DNA of 64,000 bases from Octopus sinensis (GCF_006345805.1 NC_042998.1:136462001-136526000); one strand, 5' to 3'; counted from the first letter of the stretch, positions 27,681-45,320 are shown. Made by a program: numbers and translations. Notes: a model not told the origin generated them from the sequence alone.

Positions 27681-29361
27681 GCTCAGACACCTGCAATACA
27701 TGTAAGACATAAACGCAACAAAAGTAGAAATATTCTCCCACATAGCACACCTTTTACTACATAATAAGAATGAACACTAATATAACAATGACGAAAATAT
27801 AACACTGACTGTAATGGAAAATGTCGCCAGGGGTCTTCTTGTGTGTGTATGAATTTCACCACTTTAAAGAAACAAATTAATTTTGATAATTTAAGAAATC
27901 AATTAGTTAATTTGTGCAGCTTCTTTAGAAAATTAATATGGCGTGCTGTTACGAAAATTGAAAAAAAAAAATTATTTGTAAATGAAAAAAAAAAAAAAGA
28001 AAGAAAAAAGGCAGTTAGAAAACACGAGCTGATCAGAGAAAACGAATTTCAGATTTGAATTCTGAACGTGGAAAAAATAATTAATCATTCAAAGAAGAAA
28101 TCAAATACTGTACTAAATAAAATAAATTAATATTTTACCATAAAATTAATCTATTACATTAAAAAAGTTAAATTTGTACATACAGAGACTGGTGGCGGCA
28201 TTTTCCCTTCGCAACCGGTGCTTATATGTTTCTATTATTATATCAACATTAATCCATATAGTGTAGTGAGTGGAGGTGTGCAGCTGTGTGTGTGTGAGTG
28301 TGTGTGTGTGTATTTCTATTTCATATATTTCTTAAATCTATTACAGGTGTCTTAATCATGAACAGAAAAATTGAAAATTACCCCAACAGATTTTATTACA
28401 TTAACAACAAAGAAGCAATACCTGATCGCTATTCTCATAATTACTCGATTTATATCGGTATATAGGATTTATATTGATATATATACGAAAATTCGTTGGT
28501 CGCTACCGGGACGAATTTTCATCTCACTCAGATTGTTACTGTTTTTAACACAGTACACCACTAAGAGATGTTATCTCAAGCCAAATACCACGGCAACTGA
28601 CCTATCAAAAGTATGATACATAAATGGCTATTTTAATTCTTAGCCTGTCCAAACCATTTTCATAAGTTTGTTCTAAACGTTCATATTTCTTTGCAGAAAC
28701 CCTCGTTTCATATGTTATAAATAATATAAAGCTTTCCTTTCATAAATCCGAAGTAACTCTGATGTTTGAAAAAAATTGAGATATCTAGTCATTACAAATG
28801 ATTAATAGAAGCTGTCTGACCATCTGTCTTGGTTTCGATTCTCCTTAAAGTTATTCACGCTCTTTGAAAATGTTAAACTTCTTAACCACCATTTCATGTT
28901 ACGCGTCTGTAAAAAAAAAACATTAGGTATAAATTACTTTCATCAGTAATCGAATACGTCATGTAAACTTGGTTCACTGGGGGCTTCCATTTTGGCTCAC
29001 AAAACTCATTGCAGGATATTTTAATTTTGGGTTCTTTTGATACAACTAGGTTTTTAAGAGAGAGTCTATTGTTGATGGAATCGCTATAGAAAGGGCAAAA
29101 AGACACATTAATACGTGTTAAATATGCTTGTTAAATACAAGCATATTTAACACAACAATGTACCATTTCTACCATATCTGTCACCATGCACAAGAAAATA
29201 AAACAGAAGTACAGGCACGAGTGGTGAAGAAACTTGCTTTGAAACCATAGGTTTTGGGGTTCTGTCCCACTGCGCGGCACCTAAGGCAAGTGTCTTCTAC
29301 TATTGCTCCGATCAATTCATTGCGAGTGAATTTGGTAAACGGAAACTGTAGAAACCCATCG

Positions 29362-29420
<59 letters not shown>

Positions 29421-29663
29421 ATATATATATATCTGTGTGTGTGCGTGTGTGTGCGTGTGTGTGCGTGTGTGTATGTGCGTGTGTGTGTGCGTGTGTGTGT
29501 GTAATATTCGTAGCCACTTTAACATGGCTGTCCGTTCAAGCGGACTCTGCTGCGATTTTTTAACCCCAAAAGGACATCTCCTCTAGCTGGTTAACGATGC
29601 ATAGCTGCATCCGATAAAATTGCGTGCAGAGGAGCTAACACCTACCGTCTCCTAGCGGCAGGA

Positions 29664-29720
29664 CCAGTAGACCAGTCCTGGTTTCGGGTTCGGGCTATTT
29701 CTGCCACTCCTCAGTACTGG
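29664..29720 (-). ncRNA. Type I hammerhead ribozyme motif in a ~230-bp element
   Basis: Minus strand ccagta-CTGAGGA-g..c-GAAAC-cag-ga-ctg-GTC-tactgg; stems I and III are perfect, stem II is imperfect. Confidence 0.7.
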
Positions 29721-29732
29721 ACACCTCGTTTG

Positions 29733-29799
<67 letters not shown>

Positions 29800-30056
29800 G
29801 AGGGTGAATGTGTCTTTGTGTTTATTTTTGACTCTCTCTCACTGCTTGACAACAGGTATGGATTTGTAACTTAGCTATTCGACAAAAGAGCATAGAGACC
29901 GATGGAATAAGTACCAAGCTTAAAAACAAGTACTGGTGCTGATTTGTTCGACTAAACACATCAAGACAATGACCCAGCATGAAACAAGACCGAAAAAAAA
30001 AATAATTAAAATAAAAAATAAAAACAAAAAAAATTGTGATTGTGTTTCAAGACATA

Positions 30057-30062
30057 TTTATT
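30057..30062 (-). terminator. Polyadenylation signal of FABP-like gene A
   Basis: AATAAA ~55 nt after the stop; position conserved in paralogue B (~60299-60304). Confidence 0.7.
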
Positions 30063-30115
30063 TCGGTTTAAATTTAATTTTGAATGAAAGAACCGTTACT
30101 GTCCTCCGTTGATAT

Positions 30116-30172
30116 TTAAGAAGTAACTTTTTTGAAAATGGTGGTACTTGTAATTCCTTTAAGTTGGATTGA
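30116..30172 (-). CDS. FABP/iLBP-like gene A, exon 4 (SIQLKGITSTTIFKKVTS*)
   Basis: ttcttttcag acceptor; 57 nt, the same length as exon 4 of paralogue B. Confidence 0.9.
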   Translation of the reverse strand, partial: SIQLKGITSTTIFKKVTS

Positions 30173-30530
30173 CTGAAAAGAAGAAATAATATGACCGATT
30201 AGCAATGTTCTGCACGACATAATCGAAACTAATAAAAGAAAAAAGACAACTTTAAACGTAGAGACTTGCAAACAGCTTCTACAGGTACCCTCTGCATACC
30301 GGACTTCAGTAACTAAGAAACCTACGGGAGCCCGGTATGCAGAGTTCTCCATTGAATAGTGTGCATTCATCAGGAGAGAATGCGCACTATTTCGAGGCCT
30401 TCCTCTCAATGGCTTTACATCGTACCGCCCCCCCCCCTAACTCATTAATGTGAAGCTCTGCCAACTGGATCGACTGACTAGTATCTGATCTCATGCTCTT
30501 CATCTCGGGATCATCAACGCCATTCAAATT

Positions 30531-32835
<2,305 letters not shown>

Positions 32836-32865
32836 TAATAATAATAATAATAATGATATACTTAC

Positions 32866-32976
32866 ACATTTCAGAGTGTCACTACTTGTTATTTCATACG
32901 AAATATCAATTACACCTTCAGTCCATTCGCTGCAGGTTTCGGTCAACAAATTAGAATTCACCAGTTTAAAAATGCT
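32866..32976 (-). CDS. FABP/iLBP-like gene A, exon 3 (SIFKLVNSNLLTETCSEWTEGVIDISYEITSSDTLKC)
   Basis: cag / gtaagt boundaries, 111 nt, phase 0-0; matches paralogue B. Confidence 0.9.
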
Positions 32977-34674
32977 CTGTTGTGATAAATAAATACATAA
33001 ATAAATGAATAAGTGAAATGAAATTTAAATTTAAATAAACATAGGCGCAGGCATAGCTGTGTTGTGAAGAAGGTCACTTTAAAGCTGCGTGCTTTCGGGC
33101 TCAGTTCCACTGCGTGGCACTACGGGCATATCACTTCTAATCAGGTTGACAAAAAGCAGCAGCCCGTCATACGCGCGCGCGCGTGTGCGTGCGTGTGTGT
33201 CTGTGCGAGTGAGTATACGTGTGTCGTTGTCTTTGTGTTCGTTCCCTTCCCTGACAACTGATATTGGTTTGTTTACATCTTCGTAAAAGAGACCAATAAA
33301 ATAAGTACCAAACTTGAAAAGCAAGCACAAGTACTTGTGTCCATTTGTTCAACAAAACCTTTTCACAGTGGTACTCCAGCATGGCCACTGGTGTTCAATG
33401 ACTGAAACAAATGTAAGTTAAAAGCTTAAAGCTTTATCAACTAAAGATGTAAATGTAAATTGAAATAGTAAGCCCTTTTCTTTCCTCTCTTAGAAAGAAC
33501 ACTTAATGTAGCCATGGGCATCAGATTAAAATAAATCTTGTTGGGACTTGAACTCGGGATATAAAAGGATGAAACTAAATACTAAATATTTCAGTGTTTC
33601 TGAAAATAAATGAATAAATGTCTCACTAGGTAGCCAATGCTGAGGATAACGAATTAGCTTGAAATGCATTCATCGAAGCACTGAAGGCGCCTCGAGATAA
33701 CTTCGTCTTTTAACGCATGTTTGCTTAAAGCAAAAATTTTCTTCACGGCAAATCGCAATGAAAATGGCCTTTTTGCAGGTCGAATATATCCTAACATATA
33801 TTTGGACTGATCTAAAAGATTGTTTAAACAAACAAACAAACAAACAAATAAATAAATAAATGTATTCATGAGAAACTTAAGAGAACTTAATTTCAGAACT
33901 TTTTGTTCGATGATGGCGAAGGTAAAGGTGATGTTGATGACGATGATGATAATGATGATGATGATGATGGTGGTGGTGATGATGGTGATAATAATGGTTT
34001 TAAGGGTGAAAGATTATATTTTCTCGCAAAGGCTTATAGGTCTCTCTTTATACGCAGCGTATGAGACAGATTTCTTTGGGTGCATGTAAATCCCATTTTT
34101 TATATGAAGTGACAAAACAGAAGAAATGAGGAGATAGGGAAGCAGTGATTGAAAGAAGGTGAGAGAGAGGGAGAGCGAGAAAGAGAGAGAGAGAGAGAAA
34201 GAGAAAAAGACAGACAAAGATAGGGGAAGAAGGAGAGAGGGATGAGAGAAAGAGAGAGTTAAAGAGAGAGAGGGTGAAATATGGGATAGTGAGAGGTGGA
34301 AAAAGAGAGCGAAAGAGTGAAAGAGAGAGATGGTGAGAGAGAGATAGAGAGAAAGAGAGAGACAGTGGGAGAGGAAGAGAAAAGAGAATGAGGTGAGGGA
34401 AAGAAAGTGAAAGAGAGAGAGAGAGGGTGAGAGAGAAGGTGAAAATCTGAGATAGAGAGTGGTGGAAAGAAAAAGGGAGTGTGACAGAGAGAGGGAAAGA
34501 GAGGGAAAAGTATGAGAGAAAGGTGGATAGAGAGAAAGAGGGAGTGGGAGTGTGAGGGAAGAAAGTATAGGGATAAGGAAAGAGGTGGAAAGAGAAGGAA
34601 AAAAGATAGAGTATGGGGATAACCAGATTCCTATACCTATTAAATAAATTAAAAAATACTAAAAAATGTATTAC

Positions 34675-34856
34675 CTTAAATTTTCGACCCAAAATATCAG
34701 TCGATTCCAGTGGCTCACCAAGAGCGAAAACATAGCTCTTTGTGGCTGGTGGATCGTCAGTGGTATGGACTAGAGTATATTTATCACCATCCTGACTGAT
34801 TTCAAATTTGCTAATCATATTTGTCATCTGCTCTTTCTCCTTATCAGTAACATCTG
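34675..34856 (-). CDS. FABP/iLBP-like gene A, exon 2
   Basis: tag / gtaata boundaries, 182 nt, phase 1-0; DVTDKEKEQMTNMISKFEISQDGDKYTLVHTTDDPPATKSYVFALGEPLESTDILGRKFK has FABP-like ISQDGD..F.LGE..GRKFK. Confidence 0.92.
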
Positions 34857-35166
34857 CTAAAAATTTGAAAATAAATAAATAATTAGAGGAAATACTGTCT
34901 GGTCACAATGGAAAAAGTTAATATATGGCAATATATATATACTCTTTTTACTCTCTTTTACTCGTTTACTTGTTTCAGTCATTAGACTGTGGCCATGCTG
35001 GAGCACCGCATTTAGTCGAGCAAACCGACCCCAGGAGTTATTCATTGTAAGCCTAGTACTTATTCTATCGGTCCCTTTGCCGAACCGCTAAGTTACGGGG
35101 GCGTAAACACACCAGCATCGGTTGTCAAGCGATGTTGGGGGACACAGACATACAGACATACACGCA

Positions 35167-35200
<34 letters not shown>

Positions 35201-35326
35201 AACATATACCTACCTACCTACCTAAATACATACATACATACATACATACATACATACATACATACATACATACATACATACATACATACATACATACATA
35301 CATGCATACATACATACTTCCACACA

Positions 35327-35680
35327 CGCCAGCTTAATTTAATTCGTTCCTAGTCGAAAGACATCTGTTGTTATGTCCTGTTATTTGTATTTGTGTAACA
35401 TTCTCCGTTTTTTCCGCCCTTGTTTTCGTATACATTCGCTGCTTTCTTCCAAGGAATCTAATGCTCTTAGCTTAATTTTTCCTTGGAGCTGGCCAGATTG
35501 GAGCAATCTCGAGTATAACCAGCCGAAATTGCAAAGATAATCTGGAACTCGACTGAAGAAAGAAAACTCCGAATGGCCCGTCCTTGTTTTTTATGTATCG
35601 TCTATCTGGATGTTTTGTTGTCCCTTTTTTGTATCACCCAACTGTCTGGATGTTTTGCGTTCTTGTCCCATTTTATATTC
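35327..35680 (+). mobile_element. Penelope-like non-autonomous fragment (same family as 44500-45190, minus strand)
   Basis: Shares gccagct.aattt..ttcgtt and gaCTGA.GAaagaa..cgaatg.cccgtc with the 44.5-45.2 kb copy. Confidence 0.5.
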
Positions 35681-35712
35681 TATATATATATATATAATAT
35701 ATATATATATAT

Positions 35713-35745
<33 letters not shown>

Positions 35746-35746
35746 C

Positions 35747-37140
<1,394 letters not shown>

Positions 37141-37408
37141 TAAATATAAGTGAAATTAACGTGTAAGTGTCTGAGCACTCCACGAGCACTTGTACCTTAA
37201 CACGTAGTTCTTGGGGAGATTCAGCGTGACACAGAGTGTGACAAAGCTGACCCTTTGAAATACAGGTACTATTCACTTTTGCTAGCTGAGTGGACTAGAG
37301 CAATGTGAAAATAAAGTGTCTTGCTCAAGGACACAATGCGTTGCAGGGAATTGAACTCACGACCTTACGATCTTGAGCCGAATGCCCATAACCACTAAGC
37401 CACGCGCC

Positions 37409-37476
<68 letters not shown>

Positions 37477-37486
37477 ATATATTATA

Positions 37487-37595
<109 letters not shown>

Positions 37596-37612
37596 ATATA
37601 TTATATATTATA

Positions 37613-37648
<36 letters not shown>

Positions 37649-37948
37649 AATTTATGAATTAATATTAGATATGAGTTCAGAGAAAATCATGTGGCTAGAA
37701 CAGTGAACTTGCTCTGTTGATGTAACAATAGTGTTTTGGTGACCTGATGAGTTAGCTTTCTTTACTTGCATTAATTTGTGAATATGCAATTCTAATGCTG
37801 AACATGCATATTAATGCAAACATGTATGCATAGTTTCTTGTATACTGAAATTTATAGTACATGAAGTAGACTGCGAAGTGGCCGTAACCCCATGGAAGTC
37901 ACATGGTTAAATAAATCTATATTCATCTCTCATATCGTCTGACTTTTG

Positions 37949-38042
<94 letters not shown>

Positions 38043-40299
38043 TACACAGACTCTCACACACACATGTGTAGGAATATATACATATACAGGTTATATGCAC
38101 ACAGAAAACAGTTAAAAAAGGGCCATGACGCAACTCTTTCATAAAAGTATGTGTAGGAGATGGAAGGGAGCTAGGATTTCGAGGAAATTGCATGTGCGTA
38201 TTTGTCTTAGAGGAACATATGTACATTAGTTACATTTTCAGTCATATAACAATTAAATTAATAAGTCATCGATAGAGGTATAAGAAAATATGTGGAGAGA
38301 GCCATAAGAACATTTAAAACAGCTGATTTGAGCACTTGGCATTCTCAAAAGGTACAATCTCCGGACGAATATTATGGTAAATTTGCTTTTTCGTGATGCA
38401 TTTACATTACTATTCTAATCTAATAATGCTTCTGTTGCATATAACGGATTTTGAAGATATATGATCGTAGCTTAATTTTTTCTTCTTATCGTTGTTTGTT
38501 TTCAAATTGGAACATAAACATGGTAACTTGAAACTCTGTTTCAAGAAATATTTAGAAGTTTTTCGCTCAAGAAGTATAGTGACATGTGCATGTATTTAAA
38601 AGTGAATATAGTTGTAACCATTACTCTTGCAGTCACGCATGCGCGCGCGCGCATATTACACTCGTACACACACCCTTACTCACACACACACAAACACACA
38701 CTAACACACACATACACACTAACACACACATACACACTAGCACACACACACACTTACACACATACGCACACACTCACAATTAGTGAAAGCATTGTACATG
38801 ATATCAAATCGTAAGCACTTGCGAGTGACGAGTGTGTATGTGTGCGCATGTGAATGTGCGTGCATGTGTGTGCATGTGTGTGAATGTGTGTGTGTGTATA
38901 TTTGTATAGGTGCATAAATATATTTATCTATATTCGTGTACGCTTATGCATATATACATGCAAACATGTCAGCGTGCATGCGTGTGTGTTTCTATCTGTG
39001 TCTGTATATGTTGTGCGCCGAGTAATAATCATTAAAGTACCACTTCTTGATTCACATTCATGTTTTTGTTTCATTTTCTGAGTTTGACTGTATACGAGTG
39101 CATGCATGAAAGACCAGTGGTTGTATCAAATTATTTTCTTTACCTTCCTGTTTTGCTCTAACTCGTGCATGTCTATCCGACGTTAATATATGGTTAAATA
39201 CGTACCTTTGTATATGTGTGTGCATGTGTGCATATATGTTAAAAAAAAACATATATAAATTCATATGTATACACATATACGTGTATTTGTATGTACTGGC
39301 AGGTATCGGAAACTTAGAAATCGAAAATGAAATAAAATCTACCCAAAGAAAGGAGCGTGCAAAAAGAAAAGCTTGAGATGTATAAAACAAAATCGAATCA
39401 TAACGGTTTCTATAATTTCACAACATTCAGTTTCTTTACAATACAAAATAAGACCAATTGCGAAGAAGTGTCTAACCAACTGCAGTCTCCCAACAAAGTT
39501 ATGAAATATTGGTTTCAAATTTTGACACAAGGCCATGAATTTCGGAGAAGGGGGAAAGTGGATTACATCGACCCCAATATTTAATTGGTACTTATTTTAT
39601 CGACCCCGAAAGGATGAAAGGCAAAGTCGACCTCAGCGGAATTTGAACTCAGAACGTGAAGACGATCGAAATGCCGCTAAGTATTTTGTCCAGCGTGCAA
39701 CGATTCTGCCTGCTTGCCGTTTTAGAGTTGCGAAATATTGAATAAATAATTCAAAATATTTTAAATTTCTCAAACGGAGAGATGGAAATAAATAAACAAA
39801 ATTAGTTCTTCAACACTACAACTTCATACAAAAGAATTGGTAAACATCAATTGTAAAGTTATAAAGAAGATGAAATATCAGCGGTAGAAAAAAAATGGCT
39901 ACCGGTCAGGATGGATCCTTCACAATTCTCTTGGAAACAGAAAAAGGCTGCAGCAAAACTGCTACAGATACCTTTCAAATGCTTTCTTGCTTGTGTGACA
40001 AGCTTCTCTAAATGAAATAAAGAGGAAGCAGAGTAGATGCCAAAACAAATTACGAGCATATTTCTTTGACTCCACATAGCAAATTATTGGATTGAATTAT
40101 GGAAGAAAGAATCAGGCTTAGAAGAAAATGGTTTATTAACCGATCTCAATCACAATTTTCGTCTGATTGGTAGGTCCTCGTACGTCCTTTATAGAATTTG
40201 GACTGTGTATTGAAATCACTGCTTAATCATTCAAATGTAGATTTTGCAAAACTTTCGATAATATTGATCATTAAAATCAAAATTAAATGACTTTAACAG

Positions 40300-40910
40300 C
40301 TAGAAAACTAGTTGAGTGGCTGTGCTTTACCGAAAGATATGTCAATTCTGTGTGGAATCTATTGCACAGTTATTGGTTATAGTGGCTCTCATCTATTAAA
40401 AACACCCACCGTTATTAGTTATGTTGCGATACGAAAATATCGAAGTCTATCAAAATTCTCGATGACCTCAACTACCACTCTAGGGAAGACCTCAAAGCAA
40501 TATAAAAGTGTATTGAAGATAATATGATGTTGAATGGTGGAAAATTTCAAGCACTTCACTATTTGCTCTCTAACACATTGTAACCAAAATACACAAAGCC
40601 AGCAGAGGTTGCAATCATTGAATGGTCTTGGGATCAAAATGAATAATGATGCATCGTTGCATGTGGATATTTCTAAGACGGGAACAATGTGCAGACGACT
40701 AGCGGGATGGCTTCTGAGATTATTCAAAAGGAGTGACCAAGAAATCATATTGGTCTCATTGAAGACATTTGTCTTAGGCATTGTTTCAGTTAAAATAGAG
40801 TTAAAATGACTGCAGAACTCGAGGCAATACAACACCATTACATTGCCTGTTTGCAGCAGATGGACAACAAGGAGAGGTCCATAACATTAAGGCAGTAAAG
40901 ACGAGAAAGA
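40300..40910 (+). mobile_element. Degenerate CR1/L2-type LINE RT 3' fragment
   Basis: GKFQALHY, LGIKMNND, LAGWLLRLF, ELEAIQ remnants. Confidence 0.55.
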
Positions 40911-40974
40911 TATGAAAGATGTATATATATGCATGTATGCATGTTTGCATGTATGTGCATATATATATGTGCGT

Positions 40975-41031
<57 letters not shown>

Positions 41032-41372
41032 ACACCTCTGCTGTAAGTATTCGTGTCAGTATCTCGACCCCCTTCATTCCTTTTGTTTCCATTGCAATTT
41101 TTGACCAGCTGCCCTTCATGATATTACTAGTGGGAAACATGCAAATGTCGTCATATACACTTTACTGCCTTTACTAAAAAAAAAAAAAAATGAAAAGAAG
41201 AAAAAAGAGATTCTAACCCCGGATCAGAACTTAGCTTAACTTTACTGGAAGGGTACCTCTGACTGCATAGCCCTCATCTTAAGCATTTTACAAACAAATT
41301 TTAAATAAACGATAATTTAAAAACCTACTATAAATATAAAGTATAGCAAAAACAAACAAATATTGCCCTTAC

Positions 41373-41445
41373 CAGTAATAGCCAAGAGGGCTTCCATATT
41401 TTCTGCTTTAGCTTCTTGCTTCCAAGTACCCAAAAAGTTTTCCAT
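41373..41445 (-). CDS. FABP/iLBP-like gene A, exon 1 (MENFLGTWKQEAKAENMEALLAIT)
   Basis: aaaATG start, F.GTWK calycin motif, 73 coding nt ending in phase 1 before gtaagg, as in canonical FABP exon 1; the spliced CDS is 423 nt (140 aa). Confidence 0.92.
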
Positions 41446-41509
41446 TTTGATATTTTATGTACGAAGTAAGAAATAGACACCGTCTTATTCAACTGCCAAA
41501 GACAATCTT

Positions 41510-41625
41510 TTGCTGAAAGCAATCTGTTTTCTTGTTTTATGGACTTTTCAGACAATACCACCGGATTTCACATCAACTTCCTCTGAAATGTCAACTATCT
41601 AATTTTATTAAAATTTCATTGGTTA
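41510..41625 (-). promoter_or_regulatory. Putative core promoter of gene A
   Basis: CCAAT at ~41623, TATA-like CATAAAA at ~41542 and Inr-like TTCAG ~28 nt downstream. Confidence 0.3.
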
Positions 41626-41723
41626 CCGAACTAGTAATTTTATCTTTAAATTTTCCTACACTAATCAGAGGCCAGGCAATAAATCTACTAAAGATTATAT
41701 AATTGTTGTCGTTGTTGTTGTTG

Positions 41724-41789
<66 letters not shown>

Positions 41790-43100
41790 TAATAATATAT
41801 TTATTTAGTCTTTTTATTTAATTCTCTTTTAAACGTGAGAACGTTCGCCATTTTCGGAGACGACAGAGTAAGAAAACAACCCAATAGTTTTCATTGGTTG
41901 GAATTTTATCGGGTTACTGATGCCAATTGTCATTATGTCGACCTGATCGTTTCATATGCTTTTTTTCTCTCTTCTCCCATTCTACATTTCAGTCCTCCCA
42001 TTTGTTTCAAGCACGCACACACACATACACACACACACGCACACACGCACTCACACAGAAACAAGCACGTACACAAGCTTTCCGTCTCTCTCTCTCCCTC
42101 TTTTTCTCCCCTCTCTCTTAATCCCTCTACTCCTCTCTCAATCTCTTGGTCTGGTCTTCTGTCCCATTCTGCTTTTCAGCGTTCCAGCATTCGTTTAGCT
42201 CGGCCTTCTACACTATCCCACACGCGCACGTACGCGCAAACACACACAAACACGCACACACAGATGTAGAATCTGTGTAATGTGTACACACACAAATATA
42301 TGCAAACTTACACTAATTTGATTACACACTACTTAGAATTTACATACTGAAACTACAAATACATATAAGGGAAGGAAAAATACTACCAGTGTGACATTTT
42401 TCCATTGGCTTATATTTGCGTACATTTACATGAATATGTTCATTATATATGTGCGTGCGCGCGCGTGTGTATATGTGTGGGCGCGTATGTGTATGTGTGC
42501 TCGCGTGCGTGTGCGTGTTTGTGCGCGTGTGCGTATGTGTGTCTGTGTGAGTATGTATGTATGTATGTATGTATGTATGTATGTGTGTATGTATGTATGT
42601 ATGTATGCATGTATGTATGTATGTGTGTATGTGTGTATGTATGTATGTATGTATGTATGTATGTATGTATGTATGTGTGTGTGTATGTATGTATCTGTGT
42701 GTATGTATGTGTGTATGTGTGTGTATGTGTGTATGTGTGTACGTATGACAGGCGTGGGTTGTGGTAAGAAGCTTGCTTCCTAACCGCGTGATTCCGGGTT
42801 CAGTCCCACTGTGTGGGACCTTGGGTAAGTGTCTTCTACCATAGCCGAACAAAGCCTTGTGAGTGGGTTTAGTAGACGGAAACTGAAAGAAGCACATTTC
42901 AAAATAATATAAATTAATTTATGTATTGGATTAAGTCTTTCTTTGTTTGGTTTGCATAATAGTGGTTTTGTCTCTAATTTATTATAATATAATATTTTAC
43001 TATAAATTGGATTCAATCCTAAATCTGATTTTCCCCTGTAAGTTTGGATTTATTCCCTAATATTTATTATATATATATATATCTATATATATATATATAT

Positions 43101-43153
<53 letters not shown>

Positions 43154-43179
43154 TATATATATATATATATATATATATA

Positions 43180-44020
43180 ACTACAAATTAGAGAATGGAG
43201 AACATACTTAAATCAATAAAACATCAACTATCAGATGATACCCAATCAATACTTTAATACACCATTACATATCAGTAAAGGCATTATACAAAATATACAG
43301 TAAGAGTAAATAGACAAAGAGATATTAGCCAAATATGTATAATATCGGTGCTTATTAATATTAATACATACACTGATATATATTTTGTTTTATTTTGTTC
43401 TGTTTACCTTCCATTATTGTACCAATGTGTATTATATTATATAAGTGTAGCATTATGATGTATAAGTTTTTATATTTTACATTTTTATATTTTTATATTT
43501 ATATGTATATGGTTAAATAATATTTTTCACAATTATAACAAATTTAATTTAATTCTCTGAAGAGGCCGTGGGGCATCCTTGTTAATGCCTCATTTATACC
43601 TGCCTTTATGGCTTATAGGTTAAATGAGGTATGACTGCCCTCACTGCCGAAACAGCTGTCAGATTTGATTTAATTACATATTATATTTGAAATTTTTTAC
43701 TTATATCTCTTTGTCTATTTACTCTTACTGTATATTTTGTATAATGCCTTTACTGATATGTAATGGTGTATTAAAGTATTGATTGGGTATCATCTGATAG
43801 TTGATGTTTTATTGATTTAAGTATGTTTCTCCATTCTCTAATTTTGTAGTATTAATTTACGGTAATATTATTACCTTTACCCATATAATACAATAGATGA
43901 ACTGATTGTTTGGCAATTTTTAACATCTATGTATTAGTCTTGTTGGGTACCTATCTGGCAGTATATTGGATATATATTATCCCATGGTGGGTTGAATTTT
44001 CAACCCCTATCTCATTTTAT
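43180..44020 (+). mobile_element. Penelope-like element with an inverted 5' arm
   Basis: 43180-43325 is the reverse complement of ~43703-43850; (TA)n on both sides; related truncated copy at 49271-49503. Confidence 0.7.
43551..43666 (+). ncRNA. Type I hammerhead ribozyme with a long stem II
   Basis: aattct-CTGAAGA-ggc.gtggggca..tgcctcattta..taaatgaggta..tgccctcac.gcc-GAAAC-agct-GTC-agattt. Confidence 0.8.
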
Positions 44021-44075
44021 AACCTATATATATATATATATATACTATATATATATATATAATAAATATTAGGGA

Positions 44076-44129
<54 letters not shown>

Positions 44130-45235
44130 GAGTGTGTGTGTGTCTTTGTGTCTGTGTTTGTTCCCCATCACCGCTTAACAACCGGTGTTGGTGTGCTTGC
44201 ATCCCTGTAACTTAGCGGTTCACCAAAAGAGACTGATAGAATAAGTACCAAACTTAAAAAACAAACTGGGGCCGATTCATTCGACAAAAATACTCCAAGG
44301 TGGTGCACCAACATGGCCGCAGTTTTATGACTGAACCCAGTAAAAGATAAAAGATATAGATGTATTCTTTTATTCTTTTACTTGTTTCAGTCATTTGACA
44401 GCGGCTATGCTGGAGCACCGTCTTTAGTCAAACAAATCAACCTCAAGTCTTATTCTTTGTAAGCCTAGTACCTAGTACCTGTGTGTGTGTGTGTGTGTAT
44501 AATGGAACAAAAACGCAATAGGAGACAATAAAACATTCGGGACAGATAGATGATACAAAGGCGGACAGGAGAAAGAATAAATAGGACAGGCAAAAGAAGA
44601 CGGGTCATTCGTGACCTTCTTTCCTCAGTCAAGTACCAGAAGTCATAACCGTTTCGAGCAGTTACACTTGAGACAGTTCGACCTGGTTGCTCCAAAAAAC
44701 GTCTAAGCTAAGAGCATTAGACCTTTTTGTAAGAAAGCTAAGGAATATGTACGGCAACAAAGACAAAACACGGGGAACATGGTAGACAATTACAAATACA
44801 AACACAAGAAAATAATAACTGGTATCTTTCGACTGAAAACGAACCAAATTGAGCTGGCGTGCATGAAGTGAAAGCCTAAAGGCAGGAACACAGGAGATGG
44901 ACATAAGAGGTGTTGGCGGTCGGCAGTCAGGCCAAGAAAGAAATATCATGGCTGGCCAGACTTCGGTCACGTGGAAGGAAGAGAGAGTGTTAGGGGGAAG
45001 CGGGATTGAAGGATTACAAAAAAATCAAAGAGAAAGGTACAAGGGTGATAAATGAGGGGGAAATAGTTGGTGTTAAAGAGAGGAAAAAGAAATGTGTGAA
45101 AGAGAGGGGTAGCGAGAAAAAGAAAAGGGGAAGAAATTGTGAGAGGGACTAAAGAGTACGAGTCGTACAAAATTTAGATACATACCTACTATAAGGTGAA
45201 GATATATATGTGTGTGTGTGTGATGGACTCTCCAG

Positions 45236-45320
<85 letters not shown>

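Noticed and set aside
30280-30400. Type II hammerhead reading of the twin hairpins (minus strand GAAA..CTGTAGA)
   Set aside because: The junction spacing is wrong, the core is mutated and no stem II forms.
34048-34674. Hydrophobic SL-rich extension of the 259-aa ORF
   Set aside because: Read-through past the exon 2 donor into a GA/CT-rich intron tract.
35490-35585. Double hammerhead in the 35.3 kb / 44.6 kb family
   Set aside because: The cores are degenerate (GAAT, TTGGAG); kept only as a possible relic.
37735-37890. CTGATGA after a (TA)n tract as another hammerhead
   Set aside because: No convincing GAAA or stem II/III partner could be assigned by eye.
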